Of a DNA stretch of 64,000 bases, positions 25,330 to 38,578 are shown piece after piece (position 1 is the first letter of the stretch; every line of letters begins with the position of its first letter). Under the pieces are notes generated by a model. That model saw nothing but the letters and a program-made list of their open reading frames with translations, was not told the origin of the DNA and made no database searches. The stretch comes from Malacoraja senta (lineage: Eukaryota): NCBI GenBank assembly GCA_038087875.1, contig CM075995.1, positions 5,582,001 to 5,646,000 of the forward strand. The letters run 5' to 3'. The position numbers and the translations under genes were made by a program.

Positions 25330-25750
25330 CCACTGGGCCTGTACCTGCTGGAGTTTAGAAGGATGAGGGGTTACCTCATTGAAACTTACCGAATAGTGAA
25401 AGGCCTGGATAGAGTGGGTGTGGAGAGGATGTTTCCACTGGTTGGAGAGTCTAGGACAAGAGGCCGTAGCCCCAGAATAAAGGACATGCCTTTGGTAAGG
25501 AGATGAGGAGGAATTTCTTTAGCCAGAGGGTGGTGAATCTATGGAATTCTTTTCCACAGAAGGCTGTGGAGGCCAGGTCAATGGATATTTTTAAGACGGA
25601 GATTGATACATTCTACACTAGTGGGGGTGTCAGAGGTTATGGGGAGAACGCAGGAGAATGGGGAGAGATAGACCAGCTATGATTGAGTGGCGGAGTAGAC
25701 TTGATGGGCCGAATGCCCTAACTTATGAACTTATGCTCCTATAACTTATG
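25330..25750 (+). mobile_element. CR1 3' fragment
   Basis: ORF 25297..25506, LGLYLLEFRRMRG...MFPLVGESRTRG. Confidence 0.85.
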
Positions 25751-26352
25751 AACTATCCATGTTCTCCAGAGATGCTGCCTGAACCACTGTTACTCTAACA
25801 CTTTATGTCTTTTCTCCGTATCAGGATTCAATGTGTTCATCCGAGATGTTTTAATGCCGAAGATCAGTCTCGACCCGAAACATCACCCGTTCCTTCTCTC
25901 CAGAGATGCTGCCTGTCCCGCTGAGTTATTCCAGTATTTTGTGTCTATCTTCGGTTTAAACCAGCATCTGCAGTTCCTTCCTACACATGTTTTAATGCCA
26001 TATTTGAAAGATAGCACCTCCGAATCTCCTTATGTGCAGCATTCTTCCAGCGCTGGTGTCAGGCAAGGGTTTGTGCTTAAGTATTCTGGAGCAACGAGTG
26101 AACCCACAACCTTCTGACTCAGGGCTGAAAATAGTAGCACTTAGTCAGGCTGACATGTTCAGCGTGGGCTATGGGGATTGATCAGCCTACTCCTCCAGCT
26201 TCCTTCCTCCTTTCCATTGCATTTATCAGCTCACTGTAAACACCTAAAACTGGTCCGAAATATTCCTCTTATCACATGAAACAAGCACTTCACCGCTGTG
26301 ATACAAATGTCCCCAAGATGACCACGTAAACCCAGGTTTGGTCCATTTCCCT

Positions 26353-26965
26353 GGCATTTATTTCAAGAGGGCTTGTATACACAAACAGGGATGTAATGTT
26401 GAGGCTCTATAAGGCGCTGCTAAGGCCGCATTTGCAATATAGTGGGCAGTTTTGGGCACCATATTTGAGGAAGGATGTGCTGGCTCTGTAGAGGGTCCAG
26501 AGGAGGTTTACAAGAATGCTCCCAGGAATGAATAGGTTAACGTTTGATTAGCGTTTGTTGGCACTGGGCCTCTACTCGCTGGAGTTTAGAAAAATGAGGG
26601 CGGACATCATTGAAACATAGAGAATAGTGGATGTGGAGAGGATGTTTCCACTCGTGGGGGAGTCTCGGACTAGAGGTCATAGCATCAGAATTAAAGGACG
26701 TTCTTTTAAGAAGGAGATGAGGAGACATTTCTTTAGTCAGAAGGTGGTGAATCTGAGGAACTCTGCCACAGAAAGCTGTGGAGGCCAGGTCAGTGGATAC
26801 TTTTATGGCAGAGATAGATAGATTCTTGAACAGTACAGATGTCAGAGGTTACGGGGAGAAGGCAGGAGAATGGGGTTAGGAGGGAGAGATAGATCAGCCA
26901 TGATTGAATGACGGAGTAGACTTGATGGGCCGAATGGCGTAATTCTACTCCTGTTCCTTGTGACC
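26353..26965 (+). mobile_element. CR1 3' fragment
   Basis: Decayed RT C-terminus (ORF 26627..26821) and tail. Confidence 0.85.
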
Positions 26966-27869
26966 TTATATTATAGAATACTCGAAAGTGACAGAAATTA
27001 AGCAGAACTGCAGTTGCTGGAAAGATATGTGGCATCCCCCGCAACAACCCCTGCACCATTGTTCTGACAATGAGTGTTTGATATGAAACTCTAAAACCAT
27101 TGCTCATTTCATTGATGTTGCCACGTGGCAGCATTATCTGTTAGTATTTTAATACTCTGTGGATTACTACAAATGTAATATTAATGTACGTCTTTATATT
27201 AAGTACAAACATATGCATTTCATGAGTAAGAAGGAACTGCAGATGCTGGTTTAAACCAAAGATAGACACAAAAAGCTGAAGTAACTCAGCAGGACTGGCA
27301 GCATCTCTGCAGAGAAGGAATGGCCTTTCTTCAGACCCTAGTTCCCTAGACCCTTTTTCAGACCTCATTTCATGAGACAACTTGCCTCACAGGTACTTTC
27401 AAACCTCGACCTCCATTGACCATTTAAACCTCTCCACATCTTTTGAGGCTCCAAGATGATTAAGGCTCATCATATTATTGCAAATATTATTCCTGTCTTT
27501 GATCGGAGTTTACCTTGCAGTTAACGTTATTCCCTTATCATGCACCCACACACTGTGAATAGTTTGATTGTAATCATGTATTGTCTTTCTGCTCACTGGA
27601 TAGCACGTAACAAAAGCTTTGCACTGTACCTCGGTATACGTGACAATAAACTAAACTGAACAGAACTCCAGCATCCACCTGAGGCAGAGAATTACACACA
27701 CTCACAACTCTCTGTGTGAAAATGTTTTTCCTCATCTCCGTTCTAAATGGCTTACCACTTATTATTAAACTATGGCCCCTGGTTCTGGACTCCCCCAACA
27801 TTGGGAACATGTTTCCTGCCTCTAGTGTGTCCAAACCCTTAATAATCTTATATGTTTCAATAAGATCCC

Positions 27870-28795
27870 CATAGAGCACATAATTCTCCAACATTTCCGC
27901 CACCTCCAACGGGATCCCACCACAAGCCACATCTTTCCATCATCACCCCTTTCCGCCTTCCGCAGAGACTGTTCCCTCCGCAATTCCCTGGTCAATTCGT
28001 CCCTTCCCACTCGTCCCTTCCCACTCAAACCTCCCCCTACAACCACAGGAGATGCAACACCTGACCCGATACCTCCCTCCTCGACTCTGTCCAAGGACCC
28101 CGACAGTCTTTTCCAGTGAGGCAGAGGTTCACTTGCATCTCCTCCAATCTTATCTACTGTATCCGCTGTTCCAGATGTGGACTCCTGTATATCGGTGAGA
28201 CCCAGCGCAGGCTCGGCAATTGTTTCGCTGCACACCTCCGCTCAGTCCCTCTAAACCTACCTGATCTCCCAGTTGTTAAATACTTTAAATCCCCCCCTCC
28301 CATTCCCACACTGACCGTTCTGTCCTGGGCCTCCTCCACTGTCAGAATGAGGCCCAGCGCAAATTGGAGGAACAGCACCTCATATTTCGCTTGGGCAGCG
28401 TACAGCCCAACGGTATGATCTTCTCTAACTTCAAGTAACCTTTGCTTTCCCTCTCTCTCCACCTCTCCCTTTCCCAGTTCTCCGACCAGTCCAACTGTCT
28501 GACTCAATTTAATCTGTTTGCTTTGTTGTTACCTTCTCCCAGCTAACAATTATATATTCTTTCTCTCCAGAGATGCTGCCTGACCTGCTGAGTTACTACA
28601 GCATTTTGTGTCTGCCTATGATCTATTCTACATTTTCTATGACCTACATTCCCTTTGTCCTATTTTCACACCTTACACTTCCTTATCTATGTATTTCCCT
28701 CTCCGCTGGCATCAGTCTGAAGAAGGGTCTCAACCCAAAATGTCACCCTCTCCAGCGATGCTGCCATTACCGTTGAGGCATTTTGTGTCTATCTC
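27870..28795 (+). mobile_element. Penelope-like element 3' part (GIY-YIG endonuclease and hammerhead-bearing tail)
   Basis: ORF 28116..28418, QRFTCISSNLIYCIRCSRCGLLYIGETQRRLG...H, is the PLE GIY-YIG/CCHH motif. Confidence 0.9.
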
Positions 28796-29247
28796 CGGTT
28801 ATTCTTCACAGACAACATGCAAAGAAACCATTCGGCCCATCAAGTTCATACCAGCATTATGTTCCATTATGTTGCTACATTCCCGGTTAGCAACAAAAGT
28901 TTTTTCACTGTCCCTCGGTATACACGTGACTATAAACTAAACTCAAACTCATTTGAATCACTCTGCCCTGCTATCAAGATCCTAACTACTTGCTATGTAA
29001 AACAAAAAAATAATTCTTCATGTTACTTCTATTCTTCTGCCTTCGGGCGGAAATGTCATGGATTAGGTTCAAGGTGAGAGGGGTACAATGTAAAGGAGAT
29101 GTACGAGGAAACGCTTTTCTTTTTCACAGAGAATGGTGAGTGCCTGGAACGAGCTGGCCAGGGTTGGTGGTGGGAGGAGAAACAATAGTGGTATGTAGAT
29201 AGGCACATGGATATGCAGAGAAAGGAGAGATATTGATCACGTGCAGG

Positions 29248-29542
29248 TTTAGTTTAGTTTAGAGATACAGTGCAGAAACAGGCCCTTTGGTCCACCAAGT
29301 CCGCAACGACCAGCGTTCTCCAAACAGCATTATCCCACACTAGGGCCAATTTACAATCTTTACCAAAGCCAATTAACTTACAAACCTGTACGTCTTTGGA
29401 GTGTGGGAGGAAACTGGAGCACCCAATGAAAACCCGCGTGGTCACGGGGAAACTCAATACAGACGGCAGCCATAATCAGGGTCGAACCCGGGTCTCCGGT
29501 GCTGCAAGGCAGCAACCCTACCGTTGTGCCTCTGTGGTGCCC
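29248..29542 (-). mobile_element. HE1-like V-SINE nested in an older CR1 tail
   Basis: (tttag)n tail, V-domain, and B box gtcgaacc on the plus strand. Confidence 0.88.
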
Positions 29543-30229
29543 AGATAAGATTAGTCTAATTTGACATCATGCTCGGCATGGAATTTGTGGGATGAAGGGC
29601 CTGATTCTGTACTGTTCTGTTCTTCATTCTAAGTCCCCCTACTCTTCACCTCTCTACCTATGGTAGCAGTTTCTCCCTACCAACTTTCTCCAAAAGCTTT
29701 CATGATTTTAAATGCCTCTATCAGGAGGCTAACCCCAGTTTCGCCAGTCTATCCACGTAACTGAAGTCCTTCAGATCAGGAATCATTTTCACATGGCATG
29801 TCCGGGTTATGAGTTTAGTTTATTGTCACGTGTACTGAGGTACTGTGAAAAGCTTTTTTTGCGTTCTACCAGTCAGTGGAAAGACTACACATGATTACAG
29901 TCAAGCCATCCGCAGTGTACAGATACATGATAAAGGGAATAACGTGAATAATGTTTAGTGCAAGATAAAGCCAGTAAAGTCCGATCAAAGATAGTCCAAG
30001 GGACTCCAATGAGATAGACAGTAGTTCAGGACTGCTCTTTATTTGTTGGTAGGATGGTCCAATTGCCTGATTGGTCTGGTGCCCAAAACTGGGACATAAG
30101 ACAGCCACTGCAGCTGAAACAAAGTTTTCAGAAGATTCACCCGAACATCCTTACACCTCGGCAGAGATAGACAAATTCTTGACTGAATCTCTGAATCTAG
30201 CACCCACTGCCTGATGTGCCAGCTCATGA

Positions 30230-31372
30230 CTAGGGGCTTCCAGATCTCACAATCCTGCCCCCGTCGCCACTTGCTGGTCGCCTTAAGACTTAATCCGGGG
30301 TGTTAGGGTGGATTCCCTATATGGAGGACGCCTGTGCGTGACTTTGTTTAACGTGGGGAGACTGGTGCACAGACAGCCACCACATGGTTCATAGTTCCCT
30401 GAAGGTGGAATCTCATGTAGATAGGGTAAAGAAAGCTTTTGGTGTGCTGGCCTTTATAAATCAGAGCATTGAATATAGAAGTTGGGATGTAATGTTAAAA
30501 TTGTACAAGGCATTGGTGAGGCCAATTCTGGAGTATGGAGTACAATTTTGGTTGCCTAATTATAGGAAGGATGTCAACAAAATAGAGAGAGTACAGAGGA
30601 GATTTACTAGAATGTTGCCTGGGTTTCAGCAACTAAGTTACAGAGAAAGGTTGAACAAGTTAGGTCTTTATTCTTTGGAGCGCAAAAGGTTAAGAGGGGA
30701 CTTGATAGAGGTCTTTAAAATTATGAGCGGGTTAGACAGAGTTGACGTGGATAAGCTTTTCCCATTGAGAGTAGGGAAGATTCAAACAAGGGGACATGAC
30801 TTGAGAATTAAGGGACAGAAGTTTAGGGGTAATATTAGGGGGAACTTCTTTACTCAGAGAGTAGTAGCTGTGTGGAATGAGCTTCCAGTGGAAGTGGTGG
30901 AGGCAGGTTCGATGTTATCCTTTAAAAATAGATTGGATGGGTATGTGGACAGGAAAGGAATGGAGGGTTATGGTCTGAGTGCAGGTAGATGGGACTAGGG
31001 GGAAGTAATAAAAATAAAAAAAAATGTTCGGCACGGACTTGAAGGGCCGAGATGGCCTGTTTCCGTGCTGTAATGGTTATATGGTTATGGTCCTTGACAG
31101 ATCTGGGTCAGAATCCAGTGGCATAGAATCCAAGACGACCGGGGACCCTTTTTTGCTGCAGCATTCATCCGCCTTCCCAGCTGTTGTGACACTGCACTAA
31201 AGTCAACCATCGTCCTCCGCCTGTTCCACCGTTGAGGTCTTGGTTGGATTGCTCTTTGTCAGGGGCCTCCCCCTCGACCTTACCGCCATGGGTGGCTCTA
31301 CCAGGAGCATAGCTCCAGACGGCATCAGTCTCAGGATCTCAGGACCACACAAGCTTCTCCATCCACCACAAC
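30230..31372 (-). mobile_element. RTE-5'UTR-like non-autonomous element split by the CR1 at 30389-31086
   Basis: The flanks rejoin as gccaccacatggtccttgacag. The motif gaccttaccgccatgggtggctctaccaggagc resembles RTE-clade 5' UTRs from memory. Confidence 0.5.
30389..31086 (+). mobile_element. CR1 LINE (family B) 3' part with intact tail
   Basis: ORF 30384..30998 is nearly identical to the C-terminus of 13908..14921. Tail gggccgagatggcctgtttccgtgctgt(aatggtt)n; atggt duplicated at the junctions. Confidence 0.95.
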
Positions 31373-31854
31373 AGGTGTCAAGGGTTATGGGGATAAGGCA
31401 GGAAAATGGGATTTGGAGGGAGAGATCAGCCATGATTGAATGGCGGAGTAGACTCGATGGGCCAAATGGCCTAATTCTACTCCTATAACTTGTGAACGCT
31501 TGTGCTCTATGCTTATTTTATAAAGCCCAAGATCACACTTTTTGCCAGCTGCATGATTAACCAAATTGAATATTCCAAGGAGGAAGCAGCCAGTATCCTG
31601 AACTGGATTTGTACATTGAGTGCTCAGGATGTGTTCCCAAGAACAAGACCGCAAATGGAATCCACACTAAAACTTGTCATTATAGCACTGTCTATATTTA
31701 GATGCTCTCACCTCAGCAAAGCTCAGTTGGGAGCCTGATGCAAATTCATGCCCTTGCCCAAACCTTGAAGTTTCTTTATTGTACTGTCCACCCCAGCAAT
31801 GATTTACACTCAGCAAGACAGCCAATGAGTCTTATATGACTGGGCTTGTATTAG

Positions 31855-33500
31855 ATTGCTCCTCAGCATAGGAGCATCGCAAGGCTGCGTACTCTCCCCT
31901 CTCCTTTACTCTCTCTACACCATCGACTGCACCTCCACAGACTACTCTGTCAAATTTCTCAAGTTTGCAGACGACACAACCCTGATTGGACTGATCCAGG
32001 ATGGGGTGGAATCTGCCTACAGACAGGAAGTGACACAGCTGGCGTCCTGGTGCCATCGCAACAACCTCCCCTCCCCTCACTCACCATCAACAACGCTACA
32101 GTCACATCTGTGGAGTCATTTAAGTTCCTTGGAACCATCATCTCCAGGGACCTTAAATGGGAGGCCACCATCGACTCCACAGTCAAAAAGGCCCAAAAGA
32201 GGATGTACTTCCTGCGGCAGCTGAGAAAACACAATCTGCCACAGGCAATGATGGTCCAGTTTTATACGGCCGTCATAGAGTCAGTCCTCATCTTCTCCAT
32301 CATGGTCTGGTTTGGCTCAGCCACGAAGCATGACATCCGGAGTCTGCAGCGCATCGTTCGATCAGCCGAGAAGGTTGTTGGCTGCAACCTTCCCCCCATC
32401 GACGAATTGTACACTGCAAGGGCCAGGAAGAGAGTGGGTAAGATTATCTCTGACCCCTCTCACCCTGGCCACAAACTCTTTTGAAGCACTTCCCTCTGGA
32501 AGGCGACTCCGGACTGTCAAAGCCGCCACGGCCAGACATAAAAACAGCTTATTTCCACAAGCAGTAGCTCTACTCAACAACCAAAAGTCTGTAGCCTCCT
32601 TTTGCTCTGGTATTTTATTTCATTCTTCACATCACATCGCTATCAAAACATTGGGGGGGGCACAATTTCTTGGTGGCCGCACACACACGCGCGAGGCTTC
32701 GGCCGTGGGCCCTGTGGACGCTAACATCGGGAGCTGACCAGGTTGGTGACCGACTCCAAACTCCAGCAACAGCAGCCTTCGTCCGCCCCGAATCGTGGGG
32801 CTTTAATCGGCCCAGTCGCCGGGCCTTTCATCGCCTGGAGCGGCTTAAAACTGGCCGCGGGATCTTCCATCTCCCGGCGGGGGCTTCAACATTGGAAGCC
32901 TTGACCGCTTCGACGCAGCAATTTTGACCGCGGGGTGGTGGAAGATCACGCGGCTGATTTTAACAGCGCCGGGCGATGAAAGGGCCCCGCGAACGGGTTG
33001 ATTCAAGCTCCGCTCTATGATCTTTGCTCCACCAGGACGTCTCCCTCCTCCAATCACCGCGCTCTATCCTCAGTCCACCCCCCTACTTCCGCCTCTGACC
33101 GACACCTCCCTCCTCCAATCATCGCATTGAATCATCATGTCCTGCCCCCCCCCCCACACTGCCTGCTGACCGACGTCTCTCTCGTCCAATCGGCGCCCTC
33201 GACCATCAGTCCCACCCCCACTGTCTCGCGGAAAGCGGAGAGTTTTAATAGTTTTTTTTTCACCGAATTCCAAAATCCGGATTACAAAACATGGGGGGGG
33301 GGATTGTCCCCCACCTCTCAAAACATGGAGGAGACGCCCCCCCGCCCCCCCCTGGATTTCCGCCCATGCTTCACATGTGTAAATTATAATGTTCTATTTT
33401 TAATTGTCTACTGTATATCGTGTTGTTACTTGTGAGCAAAGCACCAAGACAAATTACTTATATGTATACATACTTGGGTAATAACATTTATTAAATTAAA
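31855..33500 (+). mobile_element. Rex1/Babar LINE 3' part, tail interrupted by a hAT element
   Basis: SQGCVLSPLLYSLYT...KFADDTTLIGLI, then VESFKFLGT...KKAQKRMYFLRQL...FYTAVIESVL (ORFs 31856..32224 and 32050..32484). Confidence 0.9.
32633..33368. mobile_element. hAT-like non-autonomous element, GC-rich
   Basis: 8-bp TSD cttcacat at 32625-32632 and 33369-33376. CA...TG ends with subterminal G/C runs; left TIR degenerate. Confidence 0.75.
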
Positions 33501-34573
33501 TTCAATATATTCAATTCACTGAAATTTAGACGGATGAGAGGGGATCTTATAGAAACACTGCCTACACACTAGAGGCAATTTTACAGAGGACAATTAACCT
33601 ACAAACCCACAAGTCTTTGGTATGGGGATGGAGGCCGGAGCGCCCGGACGGAGCCCACGCGGTGACAGGGGGAACGTGCAAGCTCCGGCACAGATAGCGC
33701 CCTGAGATCAGGATCGAAGTCGGGTCTCTGGCAAGGTGAGGCAGCAGCTCTAACAGGTGTCAGGGGTTATGGGGAGAAGGCAGGAGAATGGGGTTAGGGG
33801 GAAGAGATAGATCAGCCATGATTGAATGGCAGAGTAGACTTGATGGGCCGAATGGCCTAATTCTGCTCCCCATCACTTATGACCTCACTAAACCAAGTTC
33901 TGGGTAGTTCTGATCAGTGGAACTGGTAAGAACCGGAGGTACTAATAGAAGGCAGTGATTGGCACTGGGTTCCTGGTATAGCAGCTCACAGCAGCAGGTA
34001 GGGCACGGGTTCCACATGCTTCCAAGAGAGCAGCAAGCGGCCTTTCATTAAAGAACGAGGCCTTTGTGTCTGTGAGAGTTCTTACTCCAGGATCGAGCGT
34101 GGATCAGCTCCGGAGCAATGCTAAGCTGGGTGCGAGTGTAGTCTACACAGATCTATGATGAGGTTCCATTGGGCAAACCTGAATGAACACCTCAATAAAA
34201 TTGGCTAGTGGGATCTAAAACGAGCTCCGTTGCAGAAAACAATGTGTGGCCATGGCTGGAAAGCTGTTTGCAGAGGGTTGGAATCATGGAGTGATATAGA
34301 GTCATACAGCATGGAACAGAGTCTTCGACCCAATTCATCCATGCCAACCTGGTGCCCCATCGATGTTCCCCCCATTTGCCCACGTTTAGCGTACCTCAGT
34401 AGTTGAACCTATCTCAACTACTTAGCCTGGCAGCTCGTTCATTATAACTATCCACCCTCTATGTGAACAAATGAGCACATGTTAATGGTTTGCACTCGGT
34501 CACAGAAGGAATGATTTAGTCAATTGCCAGTAATAGCAGAAGTAGCACAGTGACTGATGGTGAGGAAGGAGAT

Positions 34574-34887
34574 GGGTGGCACGGTGGCGCAGCGGTAGAG
34601 TTGCTGCCTTACAGCGCTTGCTCCACCAGAGATCCAGGTTCGATCCCGACTACGGGTGCTGTCTGTACAGAGTTTGTACGTTCTCCCCGTGATCGCATGG
34701 GTTTTCTCTGAGATCTTTGGTTTCCATCCACACTCCAAGGACGTACAGGTATGTAGGTAAAATTGGCCTGGTAAATGTAATAATTGTCCCTGGTGTGTGT
34801 AGGATAGTGTTAATATGCGGGGATCGCTGGTCAGCGCGGACTCGGTGGGCCAAAGGACTTGTTTCCGCGCTGTATCTCTAAACTAAA
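34574..34887 (+). mobile_element. HE1-like V-SINE, full length
   Basis: tggcgcagcgg A box, ggttcgatcc B box, V-domain, tail tgtatctctaaactaaa. Confidence 0.92.
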
Positions 34888-35770
34888 GTGTTCTACAGAA
34901 TGAATACGCAGGCAATCAGGACACAGAGAAGTGGTTGGGAACAGGCAGATGTTGGCTGTGAGGAGTGCAGGTACAAGATGGTTTAGGGCAGCTTACAGGG
35001 CATCTGCTATTATTGGCCTGAGCACAGAACACAAGAGCAGGCGGGTCACATTATAACTTTATAAAAAAAATTAGGACGACCAGAACTCGAACGTTGTGTT
35101 CAGTTCTGCTCATCCATCAAAAAGATAGCGACAACACACATCCCAGGTCGCATGGAAGATTTATGAGGATGTGCTGGAGAACAACGGTAACCATGAGACT
35201 GCAGGTGCAGGAATCTTGAACAAAACACAAAGCCCTGTTGGAACTCAACAGGCCAGGCAGTGTCTGTGGAGGGAATGGACAGACGAGGGTCTCGGTCGGG
35301 ACCCTTCTTCACACTGCTGAAGAGATTGGCTGCATTGAGCTGCTTTCTTTAGAATCAAGGAAGCTGAAGAGAGATCCAGTGTGATGTGGATTGGACTGAG
35401 CAGCCTAGACCATCACGCAAATCAACCTCCCTTCCAACGACTCCATCTAGCTCAAGCTGCCTCATCCAGGCCACCAGCATAACCAAGGACCAGTCTCACC
35501 GTGGTCATTCTCCCCTCTGCAATCAGGCAAGAGGTACAGAAGTTTGAAGACACACACCTCCAGATTCAGGGACAGTTTCTTCCCAACTATTATGAGGCAA
35601 CTTAACCATCCTATCACCAACCAGAGAGCGGTCCTGACCCCCCATCTACATCATTGGAGACCTCCGAATTAATTTTTATTGGACTTTACTGGGCTTCGTC
35701 TTGCACTAAACGTTATTCTCTTTATCCTGTATCTGTACATTAGTTCAGTTCAGTTCAGTTTTATTTGTCA

Positions 35771-36195
35771 CTAGACCAAGAGCAGACCCGTTGGGTCTGG
35801 ACCCCGAACATGCTTCAGACCCCGGGGTCTGGTTACCGAACGTGCTCCAGCTAAAGAAAAAAAATGGCGTCGTTTTGGAGCAGAGCCGGGCGGCAGCAAC
35901 CGTTATGGTGGCTGGCCAGCAGGAGGAGACAAAATGAGTGAGTGGGGGGGGGGGGGGGGGGGGAGGGATAAGGATTTTATTAAAAATGTGTACATAAACA
36001 CGACGAAATTTAATCAGGAGTGGATACTTGGAATGAAAAGTGAAATCTCTACCGAAATGGAAAAAATCTCGGCGTTTCTGCATGTGGTGTTGGCGTAGCA
36101 ACGAATCAAAGGCTGGCACCCACAAGACAGGCAGAAACACACACACACACACACACAGAAACACACACACACACAGAGTTTTAAATATAGATAGA
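35771..36195 (-). mobile_element. Non-autonomous Helitron
   Basis: Minus strand reads A|TCTATCTATATTTAAAAC(TG)n ... hairpin cagacccaacgggtctg ... CTAG|T. No TSD; the host rejoins as ttatttgtca|tatgt. Confidence 0.85.
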
Positions 36196-37639
36196 TATGT
36201 AGGTTAACACAGGGTCAACGGTACAATGAAATGTGTTTAGCTTGATTGTAATCATGCATCTTCGTTTCTCTGGCTGGATAGCATGCAACAAAAAAGTTCT
36301 TTGCAGTACCTCATTACACCTGGCAATAACAAACTAAACTTAGGGTGAACAATCTATGGAGGCAAGAGAGGTCAAACATCTACCTCCTGTTCTGAATGGT
36401 ACAATTATTTTAAACAAAAATAAAAATATACCCTTTTCCAAAATAATTTACAATTTTCAAAACAAACATTGATGATTTTTCTTCAGACTTGACTGCCTAG
36501 TAAACTGTCTTTAATTTATCAAGAGTGTGTGATTCTTACAAGGTGGGAGAATTCTCACTGATCAATGGGGGTCGATTATTGCTTTGGTCACAATCTTTTG
36601 GATTCTGATCTCTTTTGATTGAAAGATACAGCATGGGAACAGGCCCTATGGGGTGATCATTGGGTCGGCACAGACTTGATGGGCCGAAGGGCTTGTTTCC
36701 ACACTATATTTCTAAAGTAAACTAAACTAAAAGGCTGACTATTTACCCAACTGATGATTTTAGAAACAAGGAACTGCAGATACTGCAAGTATAGGACACA
36801 AAGTGCTGGACTATCTCAATGGGTCAGGCAGCATCTCTGGAGTCACGGACGGGTGATGATTCGGGTTGGAACCCTTCTTCAAACCGATTGTATCCTCCCA
36901 TCCCAAGCAGGTTATAGTCAATGTCGCGCTACTGAGACCCTGGTTATGACTGCAGTGAATGCCAAGAGACCATATCCATCCTGCATTAATTTATTAAAGA
37001 TGCCCAATGGTTCACGAAGAGAAGTCAAGCTCCCTGTCAACGCCTCTGCACCTTGGCAGCATTCACATGCGTCCCTCCGGACTTGGAACACATTTTCAAA
37101 TCATTTATTTAAAACTTCAGCATATGTGAAAATAGCTCTTTGTAAAGACTTGAAGAGCCCTTGACTGAAAGGAAAATAAATTAACCATGAAACCACAAAA
37201 ATCTGCCAACCAATGCTTTTACAATTGCACTGACTGTCATTTAATCTGAAGAACATGCAACACTGGCTTACACCTCTGCTTTAAAGTATTTAATACACTT
37301 TGCTTGACAGATGTGTTCCCTGAGACACATCTGCTTCAGAAAGCAGTTGACTCCCTTGGAGTTTTCATTCATTCACCAAACCAAACTGTGATCTGAGGCA
37401 AGCATATCCCTCCATAAAACAAGAGGCCAAAAGTGTTTGTGTATTCCACGTGTGGTCTCGATCTATCTGGTTCTTTTCACTACTTCTGGAGGCAATACAA
37501 AAGCCATTGTAAAGAGAAGATAGACACAAAATGCCAGGGTAACTCAGTGGGACAGGCAGCATCTCTGGAGGGAATGAATGGGTGATGTTTTGGGCCGAGA
37601 CCCTAAGAGGATGCACTGGGCAGATCTGATGACAGAACT

Positions 37640-38578
37640 TGTGTAGGAAAGAATTGCAGATGCTGGTTTAAATCGAAGGTAGACACAAAATGCTGGAGTA
37701 ACTCAGCTGGATGGGCAGCATCTCTGGAGAGAAGGAATGGGTGATGTTTCGGGTCGAGACCCTTCTTCAGACTGATGTCAGGGGAGTGGGCGGGACAGAG
37801 ATAGAGTGTAGTCGGAGACAATAAGACTGGTGGGAGAAATGGGAAGGCGGAGGGGATGGGGAGAGAGGGAAAGCAAGGGCTATTTGAAATTAGAGAAGTC
37901 AATGTTCATACCGCTGGGTTGTAAGCTACCCAAGCAAAATATGAGGTGCTGTTCCTCCTCACACTAACAATGGAGGAGGCCCAGGACAGAAAGGTCAGAT
38001 TGGGAATGGGAGGAGGAGTTAACGTGCTGAGCAACCGGGAGATCAGGTAGGTTAAGGTGGACTGAGCTGAGGTGTTCAGCGAAACAATCGCCGAGCCTGC
38101 GCTTGGTCTCGCCGATGTACAGAAGTTGACAGCTGGAATAGCGGATGTAGTAGATGAGGTCGGATGAGGTGCAAGTGAACCTCTGCCCACCTGAAAAGAC
38201 TGTCGGGGTCCTTGGATGGAGTCGAGGGGGGAGGTAAAGGGACAGGTGTGGCATCTCCTGCGGTTGCAGGGAAAAGTGCCTGGGGAGGGGGTGGTTTGGG
38301 TGGGAAGGGACGAGTTGACCAGGGAGTTGCGGAGGGAACGGTCTCCGCAGAAAGCAGAAGGGGGTGGAGGTGGGAAGATGTGGCCAGTAGTGGGATCCCG
38401 TTGGAGGATTATATGCTGTATGCGACGTCTGATGGGGTGGAAGGTGAGTACAAGGGGGACTCTGTCCTGGTTGCGAATGGGAGGGGGAAGCAAGAGCGGA
38501 GCTGCGGGACATCGAGGAGATCCTATTGAGAGCCTCATCTATAATAGAAGACGGGAACCCCCGTTTTCTAAAGAATGA
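37640..38578 (-). mobile_element. Penelope-like element 3' part (GIY-YIG)
   Basis: RVPLVLTFHP...PCNRRRCHTCP and QRFTCTSSDLIYYIRYSSCQLLYIGETKRRLG (ORFs 37906..38538 and 37964..38689). Hammerhead motif at 37741-37770. Confidence 0.92.

Noticed and set aside
34154..34185. ATGATGA...CTGA, possible C/D box snoRNA
   Set aside because: The boxes are too close together and there is no terminal stem or distal D box.
34574..34650. tRNA-like sequences (also 19155, 21470, 47506)
   Set aside because: These are SINE heads that continue into the V-domain and LINE tail; not tRNA genes.
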